64,000 nt of DNA from contig NC_043005.1 of the NCBI RefSeq assembly GCF_006345805.1, positions 17,050,001-17,114,000 on the forward strand, given 5' to 3'. Under the pieces are notes generated by a model that worked only from the letters and a program-made list of their open reading frames with translations, searched no databases and was not told where the DNA came from. Origin of the DNA: Octopus sinensis (lineage: Eukaryota). This document shows, in pieces, positions 62,960-64,000 of the stretch. Position 1 is the stretch's first letter, and every line of letters starts with the position of its first letter. Made by a program: the position numbers and the translations under genes.

Positions 62960-63610
62960 TTTAAATCTTCATCTGAGGAAGGAGTTGGTTTCTAACAAAA
63001 ATACAAAGCTCCATCGTTGGAATGTAAATTTCAAAAACAATGTCACATTTTAAACTTGAGGAAAGTCTTGCACATTTTTACTGTTCCACTTACGGATTGT
63101 ATTTGCAACGCGCGAATTTGTTGGTTGATTTCTTTTTTCTGAAAACCCTAGCTTATCCAACTTGCCAATTAGGCATTTAGTCACAAAACCAAGTACACCA
63201 ATTATCATTGGTATAAATGTAAATTTTTTTTTAAAGTGGATCTAGAAGCTGGAGGTTTTTTGAAACAGTTGTCCATTGTAACCTTCTTTCTTAGATTTTC
63301 AAAGAGTTCACATCAGCAGGACAGCTGACCTCTATGACGGTACTTACTTCTTCCTGTCTGTCTAAGACAACAACATCCGGTCTGGTACGCTTACACTTGG
63401 CAGATGTTTTAATGGGAATATTCCACTAGAGTTTCTAGTTCCGATGTTTGTGTATGTATTCAGGAAGAGGGTGGGGTTCTCTGAATTTATTCCAGGATAG
63501 TCTTTTCCCCGAATGGTTATATATATTGTTTTTGTAACAACGTCGTGTTGCATAGGGAGGTAGTAGCTTGAGGACATTTTGGGTGGGGGGAGCTGCTAAT
63601 CACGAGTTTA
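62960..63610 (-). mobile_element. Decayed 3' end of an RLE-type non-LTR retrotransposon (R4/NeSL-like)
   Basis: Frameshifted ..PKMSSSYYLPMQHDVVTKTIY..WNIPIKTSAKCKRTRPDVVVLD..VIEVSCPADVN..FIPMIIGVLGFV..QIQSVSGTVKMCKTFLKFKM*; RHD and PD..E RLE motifs; stop at 63043. Confidence 0.8.
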
Positions 63611-63848
63611 TTAATTTTTTTCAGTTTTGCATAATTTGTTATAAAAAATATTATCAGATTCAATAAGATGTTTTATCTTTCCATTTGTCATGTTTATTAA
63701 TTTTTTCATTTTGTTTTATTGACGGTTAAACAATATTATTAGTTGAGGAAAATAACCAAACGTACCGATATTTCTCGTATAACGGAGTGAGATAGCCAAA
63801 AAGTGCCTGATGTTTTCCAAAGAAATATAACAATCTACATTTTCAATC

Positions 63849-64000
63849 GTTAGTTAGTTAGTTAATTTGGCTCAAAAGCAAATAGCAAGGCCATGTAGGG
63901 GGACATGGAGTTAAGTACAGGGTGGTGTTCATGTAAAGAGTTCAGGCCACTTGAAGTCAAGGGAGGCTTTGAACAAAGCGGTCGTCGGCATCTTCACCAT
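63849..64000 (-). mobile_element. 3' end of a CR1/L2-like LINE with (TAAC)n tail
   Basis: MVKMPTTALFKASLDFKWPELFT* (FK..LD..W motif), short UTR, taactaactaac. Confidence 0.6.

Noticed and set aside
63362-63577. ORF with an apparent donor as an upstream SUSD2-like exon
   Set aside because: No open frame between plausible splice sites; it is part of the RLE retrotransposon relic.

Overview
AT-rich, repeat-dense animal genomic DNA, most likely an octopus or other coleoid cephalopod (inferred from the SINE families and microsatellite load). Two spliced protein-coding genes converge. (1) The last four coding exons of a + strand gene (2576-12239) encode an EF-hand and a C-terminal HEEL ER-retrieval signal. 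(2) Twelve - strand exons (57057 to 28840, about 670 aa, 5' end not found) encode a SUSD2/Mesh/MUC4-type membrane protein: AMOP, GDPH-VWD, Sushi, TM and a short tail. Introns and intergenic DNA hold SINE-like families, mariner/Tc1 relics, piggyBac-, hAT- and Merlin-like MITEs, two Helitrons and LINE 3' ends (Tx1/L1-like, RLE-type, CR1-like). Nearly all ORFs in the supplied track are microsatellite or SINE artefacts. The most interesting signal is four sequence-distinct families of minimal type I hammerhead ribozyme motifs in Penelope-like inverted or tandem repeats. One is a tRNA-headed (Pol III A/B box) SINE with a hammerhead tail, inserted as inverted pairs. A separate SINE shares its 3' stem-loop tail with a Tx1/L1-like LINE in the same window. 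All calls were made by eye; repeat boundaries are approximate.
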